A stretch of 64,000 bases of DNA from Chitinophagales bacterium. GTDB lineage: Bacteria; Bacteroidota; Bacteroidia; Chitinophagales; Chitinophagaceae. This document shows positions 1-9,524 of this stretch, piece after piece. The notes below the pieces were generated by a model that worked only from the letters and a program-made list of their open reading frames with translations, was not told where the DNA came from and did not search any database. A program made the translations under genes and the position numbers. The stretch is taken from the NCBI GenBank assembly GCA_026931905.1, contig JAIXLB010000027.1, positions 49,937 through 113,936 of the forward strand, read 5' to 3'. Position 1 is the first letter of the stretch. The number at the start of each line of letters is the position of its first letter.

Positions 1-819
1 ACCATTAACGGTTTCAAAGGAAGAGTTTTTTATCACATGAGGCATGATGGCAATGATTTGAATGATAATACTACTTACAAACCAGATAATAGTAAATTCT
101 TAGGTTTATTCTCTCAAGTAAATATTAAAACAGCCTCTGATAATGGTATAAAATTTTGGGGCGATTTAGCAATGGAAATATTAACAGGAAATTCTGGTTT
201 AGAAAGCATTCGACTGTTGGGCAATGGAAACTTTATTACACTGGGAGAAGGTACTGAAGGAATTATCAATGCCAAAGATTGTAGCTTGGATATGTATTGG
301 AACCCTAAAAAAATACTTGGCAATTTCAATACAACTTTCCTTGTGCCACCTGGAGCAATGATGCAAATTAAAGCCAATGCAGGTTTTGAAATATCGGGTA
401 GCACTTTTCACTTATGGGGTAAAGCCTCATCAGGTGACTTATTCGGTATTACCTCTCAATCAGAAGTAGGCTTTGATCTCGACGATAAAAAAGTTCAAGT
501 ATATGGAAATTATAAATTAGTAGATATTCACTGGCATAGAGATGGAGTTTTTAGCGATGATGATATTTATATAAAAATTGCAGCAGGTGTGAATGCAAGT
601 CTTACCTATTCGCCTTTCCATGTACAAGCTTCAGCAGATTTTATTGGCTCTGCAATATATACTGAAGAAACTTTAGGTTCTTTGAGTATGAATATTTCTG
701 CTAAAGGACAGTTTGAGATGCCAAATCCAACATGTGTAAGTGCTGGAGTTAGCCTTTTTGGATTTGACATCACTCTGGGAGTTAATAAAGATGGTGTCAT
801 TTGGCATCATTGCTGGTAA
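1..819 (+). CDS. hypothetical beta-rich protein, C-terminal part (ORF open to the left window edge)
   Basis: Frame 1 has no stop from nt 1 up to the ATG at 37 listed in the track, and the stop is at 817-819. No catalytic motif recognised. The Gly/Asn/Ser-rich alternating pattern suggests beta structure. It lies 26 nt upstream of the FN3-repeat gene. Confidence 0.5.
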   Translation, partial: TINGFKGRVFYHMRHDGNDLNDNTTYKPDNSKFLGLFSQVNIKTASDNGIKFWGDLAMEILTGNSGLESIRLLGNGNFITLGEGTEGIINAKDCSLDMYWNPKKILGNFNTTFLVPPGAMMQIKANAGFEISGSTFHLWGKASSGDLFGITSQSEVGFDLDDKKVQVYGNYKLVDIHWHRDGVFSDDDIYIKIAAGVNASLTYSPFHVQASADFIGSAIYTEETLGSLSMNISAKGQFEMPNPTCVSAGVSLFGFDITLGVNKDGVIWHHCW

Positions 820-845
820 ACGAATAAATACACAAAATTGAAAGT

Positions 846-2819
846 ATGAAAAAATTAATCATAATAATTGCATTGCTGGTAACATGCCAGTTTGCTAAAG
901 CTCAGAATAATGTATTTGTGGTGTACGCTTCTGTTTCAAAAGATAAACCATCCAGTCAAGAAATGGTTCAGTTAAAACTGATTAACCATGACGATATTAT
1001 CAGCAATTATTCAATCAATATTCTTAGAAAAGAAGGTGCAAATGCTTGGCAAAAAATTAACGCAAGTCCAATTGTAAGGGCAGTTGTGAGCAAAGAAAGT
1101 CCCTATGCAAGTAATTTAAGTTACAGGCGTTATGCAAATTTTGCAGCAAGAAAAATAGAGCCTGAGTTGGAACAAAATACAAAGGCATTTGCTGGCATAC
1201 AGTTATTAAGTGATAATAAAATGGCAGAATTTGCAGGTTGTTATTTTGAAGATAAAACAGTTGAAGCAGGTAAAAATTATCAGTATAAAATATGCAATGC
1301 CAATAATAACGACGAGCTATTAGCTGAAATAATTTCCATAACAACTACAATTATTGATAGAAAAATTACAGCATTCAAAGCCCATCAAGAAAAACAAAAC
1401 ATTCTGTTTAGTTGGAATAGGGACAAAAATTATTTTTCATACAACATTTATAGAAAAACAGAAGGAACAACAGAAAATGTTTTGCTAAACAAAAAACCAT
1501 TTCCAGTTTCTGATACCAAAAATGAGATTTCAAACCCCACTTATTTTACAGATGAAAATATTAAAATAGGTGCTACATATACTTATTCGTTGGTAGCTTT
1601 TGATGTGTTAGGCAATCAATTTGCCAGTTCAGAATTAATAAAAATTAAAGTAAAGGATTTAACCTTGCCAGAAATAGTATCTGAATTAAAATCTGAACGT
1701 AAAGGAAAATCCATAGTAATATATTGGAAACCCACAATAGACAAAAATTGTGCTGGATATAATATTTATCGAAACTCTGATGATGATACTGTTTATAAAA
1801 AAATAAATGCCAATTTATTGCCGGTTATTACTTCAAATTATACTGATGTAATAAGTAAAGATGCAACTACCTATACTTATTTTATTGAGAGTGTTGCTTA
1901 TAATAAAAATACAGTAAAAAGCAGGATGCTCAAAGCTGTTATGCCAGATATTACTCCACCTGTAAAACCACAAAACCTTAGAGGTGTTGCACATCCAGGT
2001 TATATTGTTATCACATGGGATGCTAATAAAGAAAATGATTTGAAGGGTTATTGGATATATAGAGCTACAGCTAAAAACAAAGACTACTTTAATATTATAC
2101 ACGATAAATTAATCACTACAACAAGCTTTGTAGATAGTTTGCCTATTACCTCTAAAAATGATTTTGTTTATAAAATACAAGCAGTGGATAACTCGTATAA
2201 TAAGAGTGAAATGAGTGAAAATATTGTTCTTAATTTACCAGATGTAACACCACCAAGCACTGTACAGCAAATAGATGCAGTGTATAGTGCAGTTGATAAT
2301 ACAGTAACAATTTCTTGGAGCAAAGCCATTGATGAAGATGCAGCAGGCTATGCAGTTTATAAAGCAAAAACTATAGCAGATAGTAATGCTCTTAGATTGA
2401 ATAAAGATTTATTACAAGAAACAAAATTTATAGATAGAAGCATTGAAAAAAATGGAAGTACTATCAGTTATTTTGTTAAAGTGTTTGATAAAAGTAATAA
2501 TGTATCAGAAGCCTCTGCTTTGGCATTTATTGTTTTGCCAGTTGATGCAAAATTGCAAATTCCAGCAAGTAATATAGTTGTTACAAAAAATACAGAAAAT
2601 AATTCCAATTCAATTAGTTGGAAAAATGATGCAAAAAATATCGAAGGTTTTATGGTGTTTAGAAAAACATCAGAAGAAGAAAATTTTGTTTCTGTTTCAG
2701 ATTTGATTACAAGTACCAGTTTTAATGATGTATCTATTGAAAACAGGCTTACCTATCAATATTATATAAGAACATTTTTCAAAGATGGGAGTTTTAAAAA
2801 CTCAGCGATTGTAAAGTAA
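846..2819 (+). CDS. exported protein built from 5-6 fibronectin-type-III-like repeats
   Basis: ATG start and signal peptide MKKLIIIIALLVTCQFAKAQ. About 95-aa modules repeat the pattern D(I/V)TPP..I.W....GY.(I/V)YR...Y.Y..(A/V)(F/V)D..N.S, e.g. ITWDANKENDLKGYWIYR, ISWSKAIDEDAAGYAVYK, IYWKPTIDKNCAGYNIYR. Confidence 0.7.
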   Translation: MKKLIIIIALLVTCQFAKAQNNVFVVYASVSKDKPSSQEMVQLKLINHDDIISNYSINILRKEGANAWQKINASPIVRAVVSKESPYASNLSYRRYANFAARKIEPELEQNTKAFAGIQLLSDNKMAEFAGCYFEDKTVEAGKNYQYKICNANNNDELLAEIISITTTIIDRKITAFKAHQEKQNILFSWNRDKNYFSYNIYRKTEGTTENVLLNKKPFPVSDTKNEISNPTYFTDENIKIGATYTYSLVAFDVLGNQFASSELIKIKVKDLTLPEIVSELKSERKGKSIVIYWKPTIDKNCAGYNIYRNSDDDTVYKKINANLLPVITSNYTDVISKDATTYTYFIESVAYNKNTVKSRMLKAVMPDITPPVKPQNLRGVAHPGYIVITWDANKENDLKGYWIYRATAKNKDYFNIIHDKLITTTSFVDSLPITSKNDFVYKIQAVDNSYNKSEMSENIVLNLPDVTPPSTVQQIDAVYSAVDNTVTISWSKAIDEDAAGYAVYKAKTIADSNALRLNKDLLQETKFIDRSIEKNGSTISYFVKVFDKSNNVSEASALAFIVLPVDAKLQIPASNIVVTKNTENNSNSISWKNDAKNIEGFMVFRKTSEEENFVSVSDLITSTSFNDVSIENRLTYQYYIRTFFKDGSFKNSAIVK

Positions 2820-2853
2820 ATTTTCATCTTACTTTTTTTGTTTTCTTTGTAGC

Positions 2854-3123
2854 ATGAAACAAAATAGAAATTTCTTTTTTGCAATTATTTTAGTTGCTTT
2901 TGCTATAACATCGTGCAATACAAATACGAAAGAATGTAATGCAACTATTATTGAAAGAAAGCAAATGAACGATACTATGCTTCAACTTGTATATACCTAT
3001 GAAGCTAAAGGTGAAAAATTTATGGATAGCATTACTACAAATAACAAAAAAATACTTTCTGATAGTGTAATAGTACAATACACTGCTGAAAATCCTAAAG
3101 AAAATAAATTGCATATCCCTTAA
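2854..3123 (+). CDS. small lipoprotein (DUF3592-like pattern)
   Basis: 89 aa with a signal peptide ending in the lipobox-like AITSC. LVYTYEAKGEKF...VIVQYTAENPKENKL resembles the DUF3592 signature. It starts 34 nt after the FN3 gene. Confidence 0.5.
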   Translation: MKQNRNFFFAIILVAFAITSCNTNTKECNATIIERKQMNDTMLQLVYTYEAKGEKFMDSITTNNKKILSDSVIVQYTAENPKENKLHIP

Positions 3124-3286
3124 TAAAAAAGCTGCTCAAAGTATTGAAAGTACAAGAGTGCGACGCCTTTACAGCTACATTTTTATTGAAAAGCTAAGTA
3201 CACAAAAAAACTTCTTGACTTTAAAAAATCTATGTTATAAAAAGTGGGGAAAATTACTGAAGAAAAACACAAGTAAATTTCGGTTC

Positions 3287-3316
3287 TTTGCTGTGAAACT
3301 TAATATTTTACATTTG
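3287..3316 (+). promoter_or_regulatory. predicted Bacteroidota sigma-A promoter of parA (-33 TTTG, 18-nt spacer, -7 TACATTTG)
   Basis: TTTG at 3287-3290 and TAcaTTTG at 3309-3316, 41 nt upstream of the parA ATG. Matches the TTTG/TAnnTTTG consensus known for Bacteroides and Flavobacterium. Confidence 0.45.
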
Positions 3317-3357
3317 TAACCTTTGAATGTTACAAAACAAAGCAGATAAAGCAAATT

Positions 3358-4158
3358 ATGGCAAGAATTATTGGTGTGGCTAATCAAAAAGGTGGGGTTG
3401 GAAAAACAACTACTGCTATTAATATGGCAGCAAGTTTTGCTGTGCTTGAATATAAAACTTTATTAGTAGATGCTGACCCTCAGGCAAACAGTACTACTGG
3501 TGTTGGTTTTGATTTACACAACATTACAACAAGTTTATACGATTGCATGGTAAATAATGCAAAAGCTAATGAAGTGATTTTGAAAAGTGAAATTCAAAAT
3601 TTAGATATTATTCCATCGCATATAGATTTAGTGGGTGCAGAGCTTGAAATGATAAATTATCCTAACAGAGAAAATGTGATGCGTTCTTTATTAGATGAAA
3701 TAAAAGACAAGTACGATTTTATAGTGATTGATTGCTCACCTTCGTTAGGCTTAATTACTGTAAATTCTTTGGTAGCTGCTGATAGTGTTGTTGTTCCTGT
3801 ACAGTGCGAATTTTTTGCATTAGAAGGTTTAGGAAAATTATTAAATACTATAAAAATTGTACAAAGCCGTTTAAATCCTTCCTTACAAATTGAAGGTATT
3901 TTAATGACTATGTATGATGGTCGTTTGCGTTTAAGCAATCAGGTTGTAAGCGAAGTAAGAAGGCATTTTGATGAAATGGTTTTTAGCACTATCATTCATA
4001 GAAATACAAGGTTGAGTGAAGCTCCAAGTGTAGGAAAACCTGTTATTTTGTATGACTCTGATAGTAAGGGTGCTGTAAATTATTTGAACCTTGCTAAAGA
4101 AATTTTACAAAAAAATGAAATGACAAAAATGACGAACGAAGAAAGAATTATTTTGTAA
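3358..4158 (+). CDS. parA: chromosome partitioning ATPase ParA/Soj
   Basis: Deviant Walker A NQKGGVGKTTT, typical length (266 aa), directly upstream of parB. Confidence 0.93.
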   Translation: MARIIGVANQKGGVGKTTTAINMAASFAVLEYKTLLVDADPQANSTTGVGFDLHNITTSLYDCMVNNAKANEVILKSEIQNLDIIPSHIDLVGAELEMINYPNRENVMRSLLDEIKDKYDFIVIDCSPSLGLITVNSLVAADSVVVPVQCEFFALEGLGKLLNTIKIVQSRLNPSLQIEGILMTMYDGRLRLSNQVVSEVRRHFDEMVFSTIIHRNTRLSEAPSVGKPVILYDSDSKGAVNYLNLAKEILQKNEMTKMTNEERIIL

Positions 4159-4240
4159 ATATTGTGCTAAACGAAAGTGAAAAATTTTCTTAAATAAAGA
4201 TGTTTCACTACGATCAATTTGAAATAAAAATATTCAAAAA

Positions 4241-5158
4241 ATGTCCACTCCAAAACAAAATAAAGATGCAATAGGCAAAGGGTTAAGAAGTTTGCTGAGC
4301 AATATAGATCAAGATTTAAAAAATGCTTCAGGTGCATTAAAAAATACAGTAGTAGAGCAAGCTACAGCAATAGTTCGTGTGCCATTATCTGATATTACTA
4401 TTAATCCCAAACAACCCAGAAAAGATTTTAATGAAACAGAGCTTAGTGAATTAGCAGCTTCTATAAAAACACATGATATTATTCAGCCATTAACAGTAAG
4501 TAAGCAAGCTAATGGAAAATATCAGTTGATAGCAGGTGAAAGAAGATTTAGAGCATCAAAAATTGCAGGATTAAAAGATGTACCCGTTTACATTCGTTCT
4601 GCTAATGATAAGGATTTATTAGAACTTGCTTTATTGGAAAACTTGCAACGTTCTGATTTGAATGCCATTGAAATTGGTTTAAGCTACAAACGAATGATGG
4701 AAGAATTGAATTACACACAAGAGCAAGTAGCAGACAGAATGGGCAAAGAAAGAAGTACAGTAACCAATTATATACGTTTATTAAAACTGCCACCTGATAT
4801 TCAATTAGCAGTAAGAAGTTCAAAAATTTCTATGGGTCATGCAAGGGCTTTAATAACTATTGATACCGTTGATAAACAGTTGTACGCATTTAATGAAATA
4901 AAAAATAAACAACTGAGTGTAAGGCAAACAGAAGAGTTGGTAAGGAAATTATATAAAGGCAATGAAGCTGTTAAATCTTCTGCAAAAAATAATCTTCCGC
5001 CTGCATATAAAAAAATTGAAAATAATTTAGCCTCACATTTTGGCACTAAAGCCAAATTGGTTCATAATAAAAAAGGCTATGGCAGCATTACTTTAGAATA
5101 TTATTCATTAGAAGAATTGAATAAAATTTTAGACCTAATGAATGTAGTAGTTAGCTAA
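4241..5158 (+). CDS. parB: chromosome partitioning protein ParB/Spo0J
   Basis: ParB box LIAGERRFRAS, an HTH region and a C-terminal dimerisation segment; 305 aa. Confidence 0.93.
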   Translation: MSTPKQNKDAIGKGLRSLLSNIDQDLKNASGALKNTVVEQATAIVRVPLSDITINPKQPRKDFNETELSELAASIKTHDIIQPLTVSKQANGKYQLIAGERRFRASKIAGLKDVPVYIRSANDKDLLELALLENLQRSDLNAIEIGLSYKRMMEELNYTQEQVADRMGKERSTVTNYIRLLKLPPDIQLAVRSSKISMGHARALITIDTVDKQLYAFNEIKNKQLSVRQTEELVRKLYKGNEAVKSSAKNNLPPAYKKIENNLASHFGTKAKLVHNKKGYGSITLEYYSLEELNKILDLMNVVVS

Positions 5159-5166
5159 AACAATTC

Positions 5167-5793
5167 ATGAAAATTTTTAAAAGTATATTGTTATTGTTGT
5201 GTTGTTGTAGCAGCTTTTTAGTAAATGCTCAATACACAGCAGCTACACCATTAAACCAAGATTCAGTTAAAATAACCAAGCCCAAACACAACCCTAAAAT
5301 TGCAACCAGGCGTTCTGCTATTTTACCAGGTTGGGGGCAAGCTTACAATAAAGAGTATTGGAAAATTCCTATTGTATATGGCGTTTTAGCTATTCCTACA
5401 ACAACTTTTATTTATAATAATACTTGGTATAATCGTACCAAAACAGCGTATGAATTATTGTTCAAAGCTTCTGACCCTAATGCAACACAACAGGATATTG
5501 ATAACCTGAAATTAATTCACCCTAAACTGCAAGGCTTTAGCTTAAGTTCTTTACAAAAATTTAGAAATTCTTTTAGACAAGATAGAGATTACTCTGTACT
5601 TTGGTTTGTAGTAGCTTGGGGCTTGAATGTAGTAGATGCTACTGTTTTTGCACATTTAAAAGAGTTTGATGTAAGCAATAATTTATCTATGCAAATTAAA
5701 CCCAGCATTAATCCTGTATTAAATACAAAAGGAGTAAGCCTTGTTTTTAATTTTAAAAAAAATACTTCAAAACCACTTGTAAAAGTTCGTTGA
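5167..5793 (+). CDS. DUF5683-like exported/membrane protein conserved downstream of parB in Bacteroidota
   Basis: Signal peptide MKIFKSILLLLCCCSSFLVNAQ and the motif RRSAILPGWGQAYNKEYWKIPIVYG. There is an 8-nt gap after parB. The synteny parA-parB-DUF5683-dapB is recalled from Bacteroidota genomes. Confidence 0.6.
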   Translation: MKIFKSILLLLCCCSSFLVNAQYTAATPLNQDSVKITKPKHNPKIATRRSAILPGWGQAYNKEYWKIPIVYGVLAIPTTTFIYNNTWYNRTKTAYELLFKASDPNATQQDIDNLKLIHPKLQGFSLSSLQKFRNSFRQDRDYSVLWFVVAWGLNVVDATVFAHLKEFDVSNNLSMQIKPSINPVLNTKGVSLVFNFKKNTSKPLVKVR

Positions 5794-5853
5794 TTTATCT
5801 TTTTTAAATGCTTTAATTTTATTTAAAATCTCTTTTTCAATAAAAATAAAAAA

Positions 5854-6573
5854 ATGAAAATAGCTTTAATAGGTTATGGAAAAATGGGAAAAGCTATTGA
5901 AGAAATTGCTTTAGCTAAAGGGCACGAAATTGTTGTAAAAATAACTTCAAAAAACAAAGAAGAATGTACAGCAGAAAATTTAAAAAAAGCAGATGTAGCT
6001 ATTGAATTTACAGGACCTGAAAGTGCTTATAAAAATATTGTACAATGCTTAGAAGCCAATGTAGCTGTAATTTCTGGCAGTACAGGCTGGACAGAAAATT
6101 TAGATAAAGTAAAAGAGCTATGCAATAAATTAAAAGGCACATTTTTATATGCAAGCAATTTTAGTGTAGGTGTAAATTTATTTTTTGAGTTGAACAATTA
6201 TTTAGCAAAACTCATGCACTCACACAGCGATTATAATGTATTGATTGAAGAAATTCATCATACACAAAAAAAAGATGCACCAAGTGGAACAGCTATTACA
6301 CTGGCAGAACAAATTTTACAACAAATTACTACTAAAAAAAATTGGGTAAATGCTATTTCGGAAAATCAAAATGATTTATCCATTATTTCAAAAAGAATAG
6401 ACCCTGCACCAGGAACGCATAAAATACAATACACTTCTGCTATTGATGATATTGAAATTATACATACTGCACATAATAGAAAAGGTTTTGCAAGTGGAGC
6501 AGTTGTAGCAGCAGAATTTATAAAAAACAAAGTTGGTATCTTTACTATGAAACAAGTATTGGGTTTTGAATAA
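5854..6573 (+). CDS. dapB: 4-hydroxy-tetrahydrodipicolinate reductase
   Basis: N-terminal Rossmann motif MKIALIGYGKMGK and the signature EIHHTQKKDAPSGTA. Confidence 0.9.
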   Translation: MKIALIGYGKMGKAIEEIALAKGHEIVVKITSKNKEECTAENLKKADVAIEFTGPESAYKNIVQCLEANVAVISGSTGWTENLDKVKELCNKLKGTFLYASNFSVGVNLFFELNNYLAKLMHSHSDYNVLIEEIHHTQKKDAPSGTAITLAEQILQQITTKKNWVNAISENQNDLSIISKRIDPAPGTHKIQYTSAIDDIEIIHTAHNRKGFASGAVVAAEFIKNKVGIFTMKQVLGFE

Positions 6574-6646
6574 TAATGAACTTTAGATTATGTAATTTTA
6601 GCCCTAACACTATCTTATACAAACACATTTGTTTTTAATATTGAGT

Positions 6647-8800
6647 ATGAAAAAATTTGTACTACTTTTTATTGTATTATTTTATTTAACTCAAGGCTAT
6701 GCTCAAAAAAATAAGCATATAATTGATAGTATAGAAAATGTTATTAAAACACAAACAGATTCTGTATTGGTAAAATCTTATAGCGAATTAACTTGGCAAT
6801 ACAGATTTGTAAATAAAGAAAAAGCTATAAACTATGGTAGAAAAGGCATTGTACTTGCCAAAAAAATAAATTACTTAGAGGGTTTAGGGCAAGTGTATAA
6901 TGATTTAGGAATTATTTATTACGACAAAGGAGCTTACGATACTTCTATACAATTATACAACGATGCCTTATTAATTCGCAAACAATTAAACGATAATTTA
7001 GGCATTGCAAAACTCTACAACAAAATTGGAATAGTATATCAAAGGCAAGGCTTGTACAATGATGCTTTATACAATCAACAAAATGCTTTGGCACTTTTTG
7101 AAACAGAAAATAATTTAATTGGCATTTCTTATTCGTTGAATAATATTGGCATTCTTCAACAAAATTTAGGAAGATTTGATGAGGCATTAATCTACCATAA
7201 TCAATCTATTGCAATAAAAGAAAAATTAAAAGATAAAGCAGGTTTGTTGCAATCTTACATCAACGTTGGTAACATTTATAAAATAAAAACAGACTATACT
7301 AAAGCAGAAAATTTTTATAAAAAAGCAATACAATTTTCCAGAGAAATAGAAAATAATGAATACTTAGCAAATGCTTTAAACAACTTAGGAAGTTTGCAAG
7401 TTTTATTAAATAAATATTACGAAGCCAAACAAAATATTTTAGAATCTTATCAATTAAGAACTGAGTTGAAGGATATTAAAGGAAGAATAAGTTGTTTGAA
7501 CAATTTAGGTAGTGTATTAATTGATTTAAAACAATACGACTCTGCAAAAACAGTTTTGGATTATGCCGAATCGTTGGCAGAAAAATCTAAAAATACAAAA
7601 CCAGAATTAATAGTAGTTTATCAAACGCAATCTAAACTGTATGAAGTGTTGGATAAAGCACAACTCTCTCTCTCCTACTATAAAAAATATGCAGCTTACA
7701 AGGATTCTATATTCAACAACGACTTGAACCTTAAATTTAGTGAATTAGAAGCCAAATACAATACCTCTCAAAAAGAAAAACAAATTCAAGAACAACAAGC
7801 CACCATTAATAAAAATTTATACGATTTATCCAAACAAAAATTATTAATTTCTCAAAATAATTTAGAAATAGCAGCCAATGCACTTGCCCTAAAGGGGCAA
7901 AACGAATTAATTCTTGAACAAAGATTAGACTCTACCGAGCAAGCCAAAAAAATTGATGATTTAAACAAAGAAAAACAAATTAATCGTTTACAAATAAATA
8001 CACAACGGTTAGAAAATAATAAGAAAAATATTTTACTGGGCGTTGCAGGTGTTGTTATTCTACTTTCTATTTTATTAATTTATTCCACATATCGCAGGTA
8101 CAAACTAAGAAAAGAAAAATTGTTACAAGAAGAAATTACACGTCAGCAAGAAATAAGTGCAAGAAATATTTTAAAAGCAGAAGAAAATGAAAGAAGAAGA
8201 ATAGCAGGAGATTTGCATGATGGTTTAGGGCAATTAATGAGTGCAGCAAAAATGAATTTGAGTGCTATGGAAACAGAAATTCATTTTACATCAGAAGCAC
8301 AAAAAAAGACTTATCAAAAAGCATTACAGTTGGTAGATGAAAGTTGTAAAGAAATTCGTACAGTAAGCCATAGCATGATGCCTAATGCTTTGCTAAAAGC
8401 TGGATTAGATAGTGCTTTGAAAGAATTTTTATTACAAATAGATAATAAAATTATCAACATAAATATTTATACAGAAGGTTTAGAAAAAAGATTGGACTCT
8501 GAAACTGAAACAGTGTTGTACAGGGTTATTCAAGAAAGCGTAAACAATGTTTTAAAACATGCAGCAGCTACTCATTTAGATATCTCTGTAATAAAAGATA
8601 CTGATGGAATTGCTGTTATGATAGAAGATAATGGCAAAGGATTTGATACAACACAACAAAATAATTTTGAAGGAATAGGATTGAAAAATATTCAAACCCG
8701 TGTAAAATATTTAAAAGGAACAATAGAGTGGAAATCTGCTCCTAACAAAGGCACTTTGGTAGCTATTCACATTCCTGTAGAAAAGGAGGTTTTAGCATAG
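6647..8800 (+). CDS. sensor histidine kinase with periplasmic TPR array (HisKA_3/NarL-partner type)
   Basis: Signal peptide MKKFVLLFIVLFYLTQGYAQ, about 10 TPR-like repeats (YN.LG..Y), a coiled coil, a TM helix (LLGVAGVVILLSILLIYSTY), the H-box AGDLHDGLGQ and N/G boxes (NNVLKHA, DNGKGF, GIGLKN). The track start at 6629 is a TTG, so the ATG at 6647 is preferred. Confidence 0.85.
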   Translation: MKKFVLLFIVLFYLTQGYAQKNKHIIDSIENVIKTQTDSVLVKSYSELTWQYRFVNKEKAINYGRKGIVLAKKINYLEGLGQVYNDLGIIYYDKGAYDTSIQLYNDALLIRKQLNDNLGIAKLYNKIGIVYQRQGLYNDALYNQQNALALFETENNLIGISYSLNNIGILQQNLGRFDEALIYHNQSIAIKEKLKDKAGLLQSYINVGNIYKIKTDYTKAENFYKKAIQFSREIENNEYLANALNNLGSLQVLLNKYYEAKQNILESYQLRTELKDIKGRISCLNNLGSVLIDLKQYDSAKTVLDYAESLAEKSKNTKPELIVVYQTQSKLYEVLDKAQLSLSYYKKYAAYKDSIFNNDLNLKFSELEAKYNTSQKEKQIQEQQATINKNLYDLSKQKLLISQNNLEIAANALALKGQNELILEQRLDSTEQAKKIDDLNKEKQINRLQINTQRLENNKKNILLGVAGVVILLSILLIYSTYRRYKLRKEKLLQEEITRQQEISARNILKAEENERRRIAGDLHDGLGQLMSAAKMNLSAMETEIHFTSEAQKKTYQKALQLVDESCKEIRTVSHSMMPNALLKAGLDSALKEFLLQIDNKIININIYTEGLEKRLDSETETVLYRVIQESVNNVLKHAAATHLDISVIKDTDGIAVMIEDNGKGFDTTQQNNFEGIGLKNIQTRVKYLKGTIEWKSAPNKGTLVAIHIPVEKEVLA

Positions 8801-8877
8801 TTTAAGCAGAAATTACTCATTCATTTTAAATGAAAAATAACCTTACTTTGTTCCTGAATTATTTTTATTGATACCCC

Positions 8878-9516
8878 ATGCAAGAAAAAATAAATATTGC
8901 TATTGTAGATGATCATCAAATTGTAATTGATGGCATAACCTCTTTGTTAGAAGGGCGACACAATATTCATATTGCAGCAACCTCCAACTCAGGAATTGAA
9001 ATGCTGCAAATTCTAAAAGAAATAAAAATTGATATTTTACTTACTGATATTATGATGCCAGCCATGAATGGTCAAGAACTTGCCCAACAAGTAAAAGCAC
9101 AATTTCCTGCAATAAAAATTTTGGCATTAAGTATGAGTGGACAAGGTTTTACTGTAAATAAAATGATTGAAGATGCTGAAATTGCTGGCTATATTTTAAA
9201 AAATATTGGCAAGCAAGAACTCATTCATGCAATAGAAAAAATAGCCAATGGAGGAATTTATTTTAGCGAAGAAGTATTAAATGAATTACAACATTTTAGT
9301 ACTATGCAAAAAGAAAATGAAGATGTAAAACTTACCTCTCGTGAAATTGATATTATTAAACTCATAGAAAAAGAATGTTCTAATAAAGATATTGCCAGCC
9401 AGCTTTTTATTAGTGAAAGAACAGTTGAAACACACAGAAAAAATATTTTTAGGAAAACAGGTACAGGAGGTGTAGTAGGTTTAATAAAATATGCTTATGA
9501 GCATAAGCTTATTTAA
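8878..9516 (+). CDS. response regulator, LuxR/NarL family
   Basis: Receiver domain (IAIVDDH, ILLTDIMMP) plus a C-terminal LuxR HTH (LTSREIDIIKLI...ISERTVETHRKNIFRK). Confidence 0.9.
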   Translation: MQEKINIAIVDDHQIVIDGITSLLEGRHNIHIAATSNSGIEMLQILKEIKIDILLTDIMMPAMNGQELAQQVKAQFPAIKILALSMSGQGFTVNKMIEDAEIAGYILKNIGKQELIHAIEKIANGGIYFSEEVLNELQHFSTMQKENEDVKLTSREIDIIKLIEKECSNKDIASQLFISERTVETHRKNIFRKTGTGGVVGLIKYAYEHKLI

Positions 9517-9524
9517 TTTTTTTC

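Noticed and set aside
4176-4209. parS-like half-sites in and around the par operon: TGTTTCAC at 4201-4208, GTGAAA at 4177-4182 and TGTGAAAC at 3292-3299.
   Set aside because: I found no full 16-bp TGTTTCACGTGAAACA palindrome by eye. An 8-mer half-site is expected by chance a few times in 128 kb of AT-rich sequence. A pattern search allowing two or fewer mismatches to the full parS would settle it.
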